Shown here piece by piece: positions 9,146 through 17,160 of a DNA stretch of 26,383 nt (positions are counted from its first letter, which is position 1; every line of letters starts with the position of its first letter). The DNA comes from an uncultured bacterium (lineage in GTDB: Bacteria; Fidelibacterota; Marinisomatia; Marinisomatales; AB-629-J13), in the NCBI GenBank assembly GCA_964582955.1, contig CAZOUJ010000004.1:1-26383 (forward strand), written 5' to 3'. The notes under the pieces were generated by a model. That model did not search any database. It saw only the letters and a list, made by a program, of their open reading frames with translations, and was not told where the DNA came from. The position numbers were made by a program, and so were the translations under genes.

Positions 9146-9640
9146 TTAATTTAATTTTGAATTGGACAGTAATCGATCCAAACCAATAACGTGACTAGTA
9201 GGAAATGAATGAATTACCAACAACGCACATGCTTCAACCAGATTTTTGTTCACAATTAAATAACTACCTTCCCCAGGCCTGGAATATTCCAAGCCCAAAA
9301 GTGGAGGGGCAAATATATAATATAGAATAATAAATCCCATTCCCATTAATGCCGTATATCGGCAAAACAATCCTAACATCAATGAAGCACCTACTATTGC
9401 GAGTCCCCACATATTTATATAATCTGAAATACTTAATAATATCGGGTTTGAAACAATGGTTTCTGCCAATCCAGAGAACAACCATTTTGAATCGAGAAGA
9501 TAAGCAGCCGAAGACCAATAGGGATTAATAATTTTGGACACTCCTTCATATAAAAAATGCCAGCCGATTAGTACACGTAAAGTGACTAAACTATACAATT
9601 GGAATTTGTTTTTAAAGAGTGATGAATCTAAACAACTCAT
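9146..9640 (-). CDS. DoxX/DoxD-family membrane protein
   Basis: LRVLIGWHFLYEG...K, IVNKNLVE, GLDR motifs; about 4 TM segments; AAGGAG RBS. Confidence 0.88.
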   Translation of the reverse strand: MSCLDSSLFKNKFQLYSLVTLRVLIGWHFLYEGVSKIINPYWSSAAYLLDSKWLFSGLAETIVSNPILLSISDYINMWGLAIVGASLMLGLFCRYTALMGMGFIILYYIFAPPLLGLEYSRPGEGSYLIVNKNLVEACALLVIHSFPTSHVIGLDRLLSNSKLN

Positions 9641-9651
9641 AATATTTGCGT

Positions 9652-9657
9652 CTCCTT
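9652..9657 (-). promoter_or_regulatory. Shine-Dalgarno site of the first gene of the glycoside operon
   Basis: AAGGAG 11 nt upstream of ATG 9640 on the minus strand. Confidence 0.6.
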
Positions 9658-9974
9658 CGAATTAAGAAATTGACGTATGTGGACAGAAATCATAAGACTC
9701 AATCATGCTTTGAAACAAGATATAATACTCCCATAATCAAAAAAGGCCCCTAATATAGAAGCAATGCGATTTTGTAGTTTTTATTACCACCATTTGATTT
9801 TTCTATTTTATCCACAACAGGAAAGTTCACTAGAAAAAACTATTTATTGATGGAAGTTTTCGCTTTATTGTTCTGGTTTAAATATGTTTTGGGTGGATTA
9901 TATTTTATTAATGTATTTCATACTAATGTTTTTGTAAGACTCATTTTTACTTTTTTAAAAAAAGTGAGGAATCA

Positions 9975-10163
9975 TTATTCAGCCAATATATCTTTCATTA
10001 AATCATAAATACTATTCTCTAAAGGTTCGGTCTTTTCTTCGATTAAAATATGCACATCTGAAAGAATCTGATTTATAAAGGAATCCCTTTTCTCACTTAA
10101 TCCTCTCAAACTAAATTTCGTACCAATTCTACTGTTTTCTTTTTTAAATGAGTTCGAAATCAA
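9975..10163 (-). pseudogene. Possible 3' remnant of a truncated gene (62-codon frame)
   Basis: Protein-like helical sequence (GLSEKRDSFINQILSDVHILIEEKTEPLENSIYDLMKDILAE) with host-like codons, but the TTG start lacks an RBS and overlaps the kynA start head-to-head. Confidence 0.3.
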
Positions 10164-11251
10164 AACAAGTTACATATCAGAATTATTTAAAAATTTCTGA
10201 ATTATTGTCTCTCCAAAAACCTCTCAGCAGTGTAGCAGGAAAACTTGCCCATGATGAGATGCTTTTCATCATTATCCACCAGATCTACGAACTATGGTTT
10301 AAACAAATTCTCCATGAATTGGATTCAGTACTCAATCTCTTTCAAAAAGAATCAATCAATGAACGACATATGGGAATTATTGTCTCCCAATTGGAACGGA
10401 TTATTGTAATTCAGAAAATATTGATCGAACAGATTACGGTTATTGAAACTATGTCTCCGGCAGATTTTCTAGAGTTCAGGGACCTGTTGGCACCGGCATC
10501 GGGATTTCAGAGTATACAGTTTAGGCTTCTGGAAATAAAGATGGGGCTGAAAAAGGGGAAGCGCATTCTTTTTGAAAAGCAGGCATTTTCTAGTGCATTA
10601 GATGTGAAAGAAAAGACAATTCTAGAGGAAGCGGAAAAAGAGCCTTCTCTTTTTGATGGGGTGAACCGATGGTTGGAGCGGACACCTTTTCTTGACTTTG
10701 ACGGATTTAACTTTTGGGACTCCTACCGGAAAGCGGTGGAAGAAAATTTAAAGAAACAGGAGCAGGCTTTTAAGTCTAATCAAATTTCCGATGAGGAAAC
10801 CAAAAGGCTTCAGGACAGATATGAGAATACCAGAAAGAACTTTGATGCTATTGTCAATGAAAAAAAACATGATGAGATGGTAGAAACGGGGCAAAGGGAT
10901 CTTTCCTACAAATCAATGCAGGCAGCCCTCCTTATATTCCTCTACAGAGATCAGCCTGTACTTCATCTTCCATACCGCCTGTTAACCGGACTGATAGATA
11001 TGGACGAATATTTAACATCTTGGAGATACAGGCATGCCCTCATGGCGCATCGAATGATTGGAAGAAAAACCGGAACCGGCGGTTCATCTGGGTATAGTTA
11101 TTTACGTACAACAGTTGAACGGCATAAAGTATTTAGTGATTTTACTAATCTGACAACATTTTTTATTCCTCGATCTAGACTGCCTGTTCTTCCTAAGGAT
11201 ATTCAAAATAAACTGGGATTTTATTATTCTCAATTAAAGGAAAATTCATGA
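10148..11251 (+). CDS. kynA: Tryptophan 2,3-dioxygenase (long, eukaryote-like form)
   Basis: YQNYL, HDEMLFIIIHQIYELWFKQ, FRDLLAPASGFQSIQFR, WRYRH, GRKTGTGGSSGYSYL; 367 aa. Confidence 0.97.
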   Translation: MSSKSKQVTYQNYLKISELLSLQKPLSSVAGKLAHDEMLFIIIHQIYELWFKQILHELDSVLNLFQKESINERHMGIIVSQLERIIVIQKILIEQITVIETMSPADFLEFRDLLAPASGFQSIQFRLLEIKMGLKKGKRILFEKQAFSSALDVKEKTILEEAEKEPSLFDGVNRWLERTPFLDFDGFNFWDSYRKAVEENLKKQEQAFKSNQISDEETKRLQDRYENTRKNFDAIVNEKKHDEMVETGQRDLSYKSMQAALLIFLYRDQPVLHLPYRLLTGLIDMDEYLTSWRYRHALMAHRMIGRKTGTGGSSGYSYLRTTVERHKVFSDFTNLTTFFIPRSRLPVLPKDIQNKLGFYYSQLKENS

Positions 11252-12036
11252 CATTCGATTTTTCAGGAAAAAGAACCGTTGTTTGCGGCAGCACCCAGGG
11301 TATGGGCAAAGCGACGGCATTATTGTTTTCTGAATTAGGTGCAGAGGTAATTCTTATTGCTCGTAACAGGGACTCATTGCAGGATGTCTTATCTGAACTC
11401 TCTACATCCTACGGTCAGACTCATGGAAAATTGTGTGCTGATTTTTCCAATCCAGATGAATTAAATGAGGTAATAAATAATTTTTCCAAGAATAGTTCCC
11501 CGATTCATATTTTGGTGAACAATACAGGAGGGCCTCCACATGGAGAGATCACTCAGGCACAATCAGATGATTTCATAAAAGGATTTAATAAACATTTGAT
11601 TTGCAACCAGTTATTATCTCAGGCATTGATTCCTGGTATGAAGAAAGAAAAATATGGCAGGATTATCAATATTATTTCCACATCGGTAAAACAGCCCATA
11701 AAAGGATTGGGTGTATCAAACACCATCAGAGGTGCAGTAGCAAGCTGGGCAAAGACATTATCCAGTGAATTAGCGCCCTATGGTATTACTGTGAACAATG
11801 TCCTCCCGGGAGCCACCAATACAGAACGCCTTTATTCCCTTTTTGAATCCATTGCTGAAAAAAGAAATGTTTCTTCAGATGAAGTAAAAGCGGAGTGGAT
11901 AAAAGAAATACCTTCAGGACGAATTGCTGAACCAATAGAAATGGCTCATGCCATTGCATTTTTAGCATCCCCATTTGCAGGATACATCAATGGAATAAAT
12001 CTTCCGGTGGATGGCGGCAGGCTTCAATGTCTTTGA
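11248..12036 (+). CDS. Atypical SDR-family oxidoreductase (lacks YxxxK)
   Basis: VVCGSTQGMG, ILVNNTGGP, ITVNNVLPG, GINLPVDGG; the catalytic-motif position reads SNTIR. ATGA overlap with kynA. Confidence 0.9.
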   Translation: MTFDFSGKRTVVCGSTQGMGKATALLFSELGAEVILIARNRDSLQDVLSELSTSYGQTHGKLCADFSNPDELNEVINNFSKNSSPIHILVNNTGGPPHGEITQAQSDDFIKGFNKHLICNQLLSQALIPGMKKEKYGRIINIISTSVKQPIKGLGVSNTIRGAVASWAKTLSSELAPYGITVNNVLPGATNTERLYSLFESIAEKRNVSSDEVKAEWIKEIPSGRIAEPIEMAHAIAFLASPFAGYINGINLPVDGGRLQCL

Positions 12037-12926
12037 TTGAGAAAACCCAGCCCATCCAAACGCCCTACTCCAAATTAACATCACTTTCTGCTGATTATGT
12101 CAGAGAAAAGATGGAATTATTTTTATCAGAAGATAAAAGCAATGAAGATATAACTACCTTCACTACCATCAGTGAAAAAGTTAAAATGAAAGCCAAAATC
12201 ATTACTGAAGAAGATTGTGCGGTTGCGGGGATATCATTTCTGAAGAGTTGTTTTCCGGATGAAATAACTGTAGAAGAAAAAATTAAAGATGGACAACATG
12301 CTCAAAAAAGTGAAGTTTTAGCAACGTGTATGGGTTCAGCAAGAACAATACTTTCCAGAGAAAGAGTCATTTTAAATTTATTGCAAAGGCTTTGCGGCAT
12401 TGCCACGTTAACCCAAAAATATGCAGAGATTGGAAATGGTTTTAATTGCAAAATACTGGATACCAGAAAAATGACACCGGGACTGCGGCTGTTTGAAAAA
12501 TATGCAGTAGCCGTTGGAGGTGGATTCAATCATCGTTTGGATTTAAAGTCTGCAGTATTAATTAAAGATAATCACCTTTTGGCTTCGGGAGGGGTAAGGC
12601 CAGCCTTGAAAAATATAAGTCAGTTGAATGGTTCTGTACCGATTGAATTAGAAGTAGATAGATTGGATCAACTATGGGAAGGTCTGGAATGTGAAATAAA
12701 CGGATTCCTTTTAGATAACATGACCCCAGATGAGATTGTACAGGCAATTGATTTTGTAAAAAACAATTCGATGAATAATGTTTTTTTAGAAGCTTCCGGT
12801 GGAATCACTTTGGAGACATTGAAAGAATATGCTGCAACTGGAATAGAAGCGATATCTGTGGGAGCCTTGACGACAAGTGCAAAAAACATTAATTTGAAAA
12901 TGGAATTCAATAAAGTTTCTGAATGA
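12027..12926 (+). CDS. nadC: Quinolinate phosphoribosyltransferase (nicotinate-nucleotide diphosphorylase, carboxylating)
   Basis: ERVILNLLQRLCGIAT, LDTRKMTPGLR, HRLDL, LIKDNH, LLDNM, EASGGIT, ISVGALT. Confidence 0.96.
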   Translation: MSLIEKTQPIQTPYSKLTSLSADYVREKMELFLSEDKSNEDITTFTTISEKVKMKAKIITEEDCAVAGISFLKSCFPDEITVEEKIKDGQHAQKSEVLATCMGSARTILSRERVILNLLQRLCGIATLTQKYAEIGNGFNCKILDTRKMTPGLRLFEKYAVAVGGGFNHRLDLKSAVLIKDNHLLASGGVRPALKNISQLNGSVPIELEVDRLDQLWEGLECEINGFLLDNMTPDEIVQAIDFVKNNSMNNVFLEASGGITLETLKEYAATGIEAISVGALTTSAKNINLKMEFNKVSE

Positions 12927-14365
12927 AACAAATTTTGAATTTCATCAACGGGGAATTAGTTGCGCCAAATTCGGGTAATTATTTCGACAATACTACTCCA
13001 GTGACCGGGCAAATTTATTCTAAAATTCCTGATTGTGATTCTTCTGATATTGATTTAGCGGTTTCATCAGCAAAGAAAGCCTTTAACTCTTGGAGTAAAC
13101 TTTCTAAGAATGAAAGATATAATCATATCATGCGATTGGCGGATGAGATCGAAGAGCATTTTGATGAATTGGTGGAAGCCGAAAGTAAAGATAATGGTAA
13201 GCCGGAATGGTTAGCCCGCACTGTCGATATTCCCCGTGCCTCGGAAAATTTTAGATTTTTTGCTACAGCATCACTCCATTTTGATTCAGAAATTCACGAA
13301 ATGGATGGCAAAGCTCTGAATTATACTCTACGACAACCCGTGGGTGTGGCGGGTTGTATATCTCCTTGGAATTTACCTCTTTATTTACTCACATGGAAAA
13401 TTGCTCCTGCTCTGGCTGCCGGAAATACGGTAGTGGCAAAGCCCTCTGAAATCACCCCAATGACAGCATTTTTACTCAGTAAGATTTGCCAAAAAGCTAA
13501 TCTCCCAAAAGGAGTATTAAATATTGTTCATGGTTATGGTCATAAGGCGGGGGATGCACTGATTCGCCATCCGGATGTACCAATTATTTCCTTTACAGGG
13601 GGTACGGCAACGGGCGAAAAAATTGCATCAGCGGCGGCACCCATGTTTAAAAAATTATCTCTTGAAATGGGTGGTAAAAATCCCAATATTATTTTTGAAG
13701 ATGCCGACTTTGATAAATCAGTGGATATGGCTATAAGGGCGGCATTCTCGAATCAGGGACAAATTTGTCTGTGTGGTTCACGACTTTTTGTTCAGGAATC
13801 TATTTATGAAAAATTCCGTGGTAATTTTACCAGAAAGACCAAAGAGTTGAAAGTGGGAAGTCCCAAGGAAGATGATAATAATTTAGGTGCGATTGTATCT
13901 AAAGCTCATATGGAGAAAGTCTTATCTTGTATAGAGTTAGCAAAATTGGAGGGCGGCACAATCCTCACAGGTGGAAAGCGCATTATTTTAGAGGGTGAAC
14001 TTTCAGAAGGTTTCTATATTGAGCCAACCGTCATAGACGGTCTCAACTACACTTGCCGAACCAATCAGGAAGAGATTTTTGGACCGGTAGTCTCTATGAT
14101 ACCGTTTTCAACTGAGAAAGAAGTTATTGATATGGCCAACTCTACCAAGTATGGTTTATCTGCAAGTATTTTCACTAAAGATGTAAGTCGTGCCCATCGA
14201 GTTGCATCTGCTATTGACTCCGGGATTGTCTGGGTAAATACGTGGATGCTACGAGATCTACGCATCCCGTTTGGTGGTATGAAAAATTCTGGTGTAGGTA
14301 GGGAAGGCGGATTTAAATCTTTGCAATTTTTTACTGAACCTAAAAATGTGTGTGTGAAAATATGA
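12923..14365 (+). CDS. amnC: Aldehyde dehydrogenase, probable 2-aminomuconate 6-semialdehyde dehydrogenase (ALDH8A1/AmnC-like)
   Basis: ISPWNLPLYLLTWK, FTGGT, LEMGGKNP, NQGQICLCGSR, EEIFGPV, WVNTWMLRDLRIPFGGMK; kynurenine-operon context. Confidence 0.88.
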   Translation: MKQILNFINGELVAPNSGNYFDNTTPVTGQIYSKIPDCDSSDIDLAVSSAKKAFNSWSKLSKNERYNHIMRLADEIEEHFDELVEAESKDNGKPEWLARTVDIPRASENFRFFATASLHFDSEIHEMDGKALNYTLRQPVGVAGCISPWNLPLYLLTWKIAPALAAGNTVVAKPSEITPMTAFLLSKICQKANLPKGVLNIVHGYGHKAGDALIRHPDVPIISFTGGTATGEKIASAAAPMFKKLSLEMGGKNPNIIFEDADFDKSVDMAIRAAFSNQGQICLCGSRLFVQESIYEKFRGNFTRKTKELKVGSPKEDDNNLGAIVSKAHMEKVLSCIELAKLEGGTILTGGKRIILEGELSEGFYIEPTVIDGLNYTCRTNQEEIFGPVVSMIPFSTEKEVIDMANSTKYGLSASIFTKDVSRAHRVASAIDSGIVWVNTWMLRDLRIPFGGMKNSGVGREGGFKSLQFFTEPKNVCVKI

Positions 14366-14781
14366 GTGCAGAAAAAATTATTAGCCAAAATGCACCGGAA
14401 CCTGTTGGAGCATACCCACACGCCCGGAGAGTGGGGGATCTTCTTTTTCTGTCGGGAGTTGGTCCAAGAAAACCAGAGACTAATGAAATCCCCGGTCTTG
14501 TATTTGATGAGGCTGGAAAAATAATTGATTATAACATTTCTGAACAGTGTCACTCTGTTTTTAAAAATGTTTGTTCTATACTGGAAGCATCAGGCAGTAA
14601 GTGGGAAGATTTGGTGGATGTAACTGTTTTTCTCACCAATATGAAAAATGATTTTGAAACCTACAATAAGATTTATGCTGAATATTTCAAGGAAAATCAA
14701 CCGTGCCGCACAACCGTGGAAATTACCTCTTTGCCCACACCCATTGCCATTGAATTGAAATGTATAGCTGAACTAAAATGA
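14362..14781 (+). CDS. RidA/YjgF-family protein, probable 2-aminomuconate deaminase
   Basis: APEPVGAYPHA, LFLSG, QPCRTTV (conserved Arg), IAIELK. Start ATG 14362 overlaps the ALDH stop (ATGA). The deaminase role is inferred from context. Confidence 0.85.
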   Translation: MSAEKIISQNAPEPVGAYPHARRVGDLLFLSGVGPRKPETNEIPGLVFDEAGKIIDYNISEQCHSVFKNVCSILEASGSKWEDLVDVTVFLTNMKNDFETYNKIYAEYFKENQPCRTTVEITSLPTPIAIELKCIAELK

Positions 14782-14809
14782 ATTACAATTTAGGACAAAG
14801 GTTGAAATT

Positions 14810-15328
14810 ATGAAATTGCCAATAAATTTCAATGATTGGATTGAAAACAACCGTCATCTATTAAAACCTCCTGTTGGAAATCAGGTTGTATACAAGGACA
14901 CTGAATTTATAATTATGGTTGTAGGTGGTCCTAACAAACGTAAGGACTACCATGTTGATATAGCGGAAGAATTTTTTTATCAATTAGAGGGAGATATGAT
15001 ATTGAAAATTATTGAGTCAGGTGAATTTAAAGATATCCCAATCAGAGAGGGTGATATTTTCCTTTTACCACCAAATATTCCCCATTCTCCTCAAAGATTT
15101 ACTGATACTGTTGGTTTAGTTATTGAACGTCAGAGAAAGACCGGAGAGTTAGATGGATTCAGATGGTATTGTGATTCCTGTGAGACTTTATTGTATGAAA
15201 AATTTATTCAATTAACTGATATTGTAACACAACTTCCCCCACTGTTTGAAAATTATTGGAGTGAAGAATCAAATCGTACCTGTAAAAATTGTGGAGAGAT
15301 TCAACAACCTCCAGAAAAACAATCATGA
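14810..15328 (+). CDS. nbaC: 3-hydroxyanthranilate 3,4-dioxygenase
   Basis: LLKPPVGN, VGGPNKRKDYH, EEFFYQLEGDM, PHSPQR, and rubredoxin-like CDSC...CKNCG. Confidence 0.97.
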   Translation: MKLPINFNDWIENNRHLLKPPVGNQVVYKDTEFIIMVVGGPNKRKDYHVDIAEEFFYQLEGDMILKIIESGEFKDIPIREGDIFLLPPNIPHSPQRFTDTVGLVIERQRKTGELDGFRWYCDSCETLLYEKFIQLTDIVTQLPPLFENYWSEESNRTCKNCGEIQQPPEKQS

Positions 15329-16344
15329 TAAAAATTGATATCCATACTCACATTTTACCTCGGGCATGGGAAGACCTCGAACAAAAATATGGATATGGAG
15401 GATGGGTTCAGCTTCACCATAGAAAAAATGGATGCGCTATGATGGTTAGAGATGGCTTTGATTTTAGAGAAGTAAAACCAAATACATGGGATCCGATGGT
15501 TCGGTTAAAAGAATGCAATCAACAGTCCGTAGATGTTCAGGTACTCTCAACTGTCCCTATAATGTTCAGTTATTGGGCAAAAGCAGAGGACACATATGAT
15601 TTATCAAAATTTCTCAATGATGATTTGGCTCAGACCATAGCACAATTTCCACATCGTTTCATTGGACTGGGGACAATCCCCATGCAGGAGTCAAAATTGG
15701 CGGTGATGGAGCTTGAGAGATGTATGAACCAATTGCATTTTAGAGGAGTTCAGATTGGAACAAATATAAACGGAAAAAATTTGAACGAACCTGAATTCTC
15801 AGATTTTTTCAGTGTTGCTGAGTCTCTGAATGCTTCTATATTTATCCATCCTTGGGATATGATGGGTGAAACGGATATGCAAAAATATTGGCTTCCCTGG
15901 CTTGTGGGAATGCCTGCGGAAACATCCAGAGCGATTTGCTCTATTTTGATGGGCGGAGTTCTTGAAAAATTCCCCAATCTGAAAATTGCTTTTGCTCATG
16001 GAGGAGGGTCATTTCCTGGCACATTAGGTCGAATTGAACACGGATTTAAAGTGAGACCAGATTTATGTGCAGTGGATTCATCGAATAATCCTGCGTCATA
16101 TTTAGGAGAATTTTGGGTTGATTCACTAGTTCATGATGGGTATTCGCTTGAAAACATTGTCAAAATATTTGGTGAAGATAGAGTTACACTTGGAACAGAT
16201 TATCCGTTCCCACTTGGAGAAAAAAATCCTGGAGAATTAATAGAAAACATGAATTTTTCAGAATCACTTCATTCAAAATTGGTTGGAGAAAACGCATTAA
16301 ACTGGCTGGGCATGAAACGATCCGATTTTATAACGGTAGAATAA
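15325..16344 (+). CDS. nbaD: Aminocarboxymuconate-semialdehyde decarboxylase (ACMSD)
   Basis: IDIHTHILP, FIHPWDM, WLVGMPAET, AHGGGSFP, GTDYPFPLGE. Start ATG 15325 overlaps the nbaC stop. Confidence 0.93.
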   Translation: MIKIDIHTHILPRAWEDLEQKYGYGGWVQLHHRKNGCAMMVRDGFDFREVKPNTWDPMVRLKECNQQSVDVQVLSTVPIMFSYWAKAEDTYDLSKFLNDDLAQTIAQFPHRFIGLGTIPMQESKLAVMELERCMNQLHFRGVQIGTNINGKNLNEPEFSDFFSVAESLNASIFIHPWDMMGETDMQKYWLPWLVGMPAETSRAICSILMGGVLEKFPNLKIAFAHGGGSFPGTLGRIEHGFKVRPDLCAVDSSNNPASYLGEFWVDSLVHDGYSLENIVKIFGEDRVTLGTDYPFPLGEKNPGELIENMNFSESLHSKLVGENALNWLGMKRSDFITVE

Positions 16345-17160
16345 ATGGATAGTTTTATCCATGTGGGTAAACACCGATTTCAGGTAGATTTATGCTCTCC
16401 AATTGATATATCCATTCCGGTTGATTTTGAGGGAGACCAATTAAACTATTTTAATGTCCAAGGTTCACAATCCAGACCATATGAAATCGAAAACATAAAG
16501 GGGAGTACTCTTCTTGGTGGCGGATGTAATTTTGATATTGTATCTATCATTCCACACTGTCACACCACACATACTGAGTGCGTAGGCCATATAGTAGATG
16601 AGTCAATTTTAATAAATAGTTTTGCTCTAAATGGACTGAAATCAGCTTATGTCATTTCAATTACTCCTGAGAATGATTTGGAAAAAAGAGAAAAACTATC
16701 CGAATATCATTGTTCAACTGATAAAGTTATTACTGGTGGGATGATCGAGAATGAAATAGGGGATTTAGATTTTCCTGTTGAGGTACTGGTTGTTCGTACT
16801 CTTCCCAACTCTAATGAAAAACTTACAATGAAGTATAATAGAAAAAACATTCCTCCATATTTTTGCTTATCCGCAATTGAGGTCATCAAAAAATTAAATA
16901 TTAGCCATCTCTGCATAGACCTACCTTCCCTTGATAGAGCAATTGATGGTGGAAGCTTATTAGGACATCATTTATTTTGGGATATTCCAATGAATACACA
17001 CTCACTTTCACAAAAACAACCTTCAACTTCAACAATTACTGAATTAATTTTTGTTCCAAATGAAATTAAAGATGGGAATTATTTTATCAATCTTCAGGTA
17101 GCAAATCTATCACTGGATGCATCTCTTTCGCGTCCAGTTCTCTATCCAATTCTTACATGA
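16345..17160 (+). CDS. kynB: Cyclase-family protein, probable kynurenine formamidase (Bacteroidetes-type)
   Basis: PIDISIP, HCHTTHTECVGH (variant of HxGTHxDxPxH), IDLPSLD, HHLFW, TITELIFVP, LDASLSRPVLY; lies directly upstream of kynU. Confidence 0.82.
   Translation: MDSFIHVGKHRFQVDLCSPIDISIPVDFEGDQLNYFNVQGSQSRPYEIENIKGSTLLGGGCNFDIVSIIPHCHTTHTECVGHIVDESILINSFALNGLKSAYVISITPENDLEKREKLSEYHCSTDKVITGGMIENEIGDLDFPVEVLVVRTLPNSNEKLTMKYNRKNIPPYFCLSAIEVIKKLNISHLCIDLPSLDRAIDGGSLLGHHLFWDIPMNTHSLSQKQPSTSTITELIFVPNEIKDGNYFINLQVANLSLDASLSRPVLYPILT

Noticed and set aside
9677-9736. Short + ORF MWTEIIRLNHALKQDIILP (Trp-containing, ends Pro-stop) as a TnaC-like Trp-sensing leader for kynA
   Set aside because: No RBS, Trp-to-Pro spacing differs from TnaC (W12...P24), and it ends about 410 nt before kynA.
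9678-9900. Perfect DnaA box TTATCCACA at 9808-9816 plus two 2-mismatch boxes (9678-9686, 9892-9900) in an AT-rich gap where gene orientation flips; considered as oriC
   Set aside because: One perfect 9-mer is plausible by chance in 26 kb of AT-rich DNA, there is no box cluster and no dnaA/dnaN/gidA-type neighbour, and the orientation switch is explained by two divergent operons.
9850-10008. 52-codon + ORF rich in Phe/Tyr/Trp upstream of kynA as an attenuator peptide or small membrane protein
   Set aside because: The composition follows from T-rich intergenic DNA; no RBS and no terminator/antiterminator pair seen.
14065-14553. 162-aa minus-strand ORF
   Set aside because: Fully antisense to the well-supported ALDH and RidA genes; no recognisable motifs.
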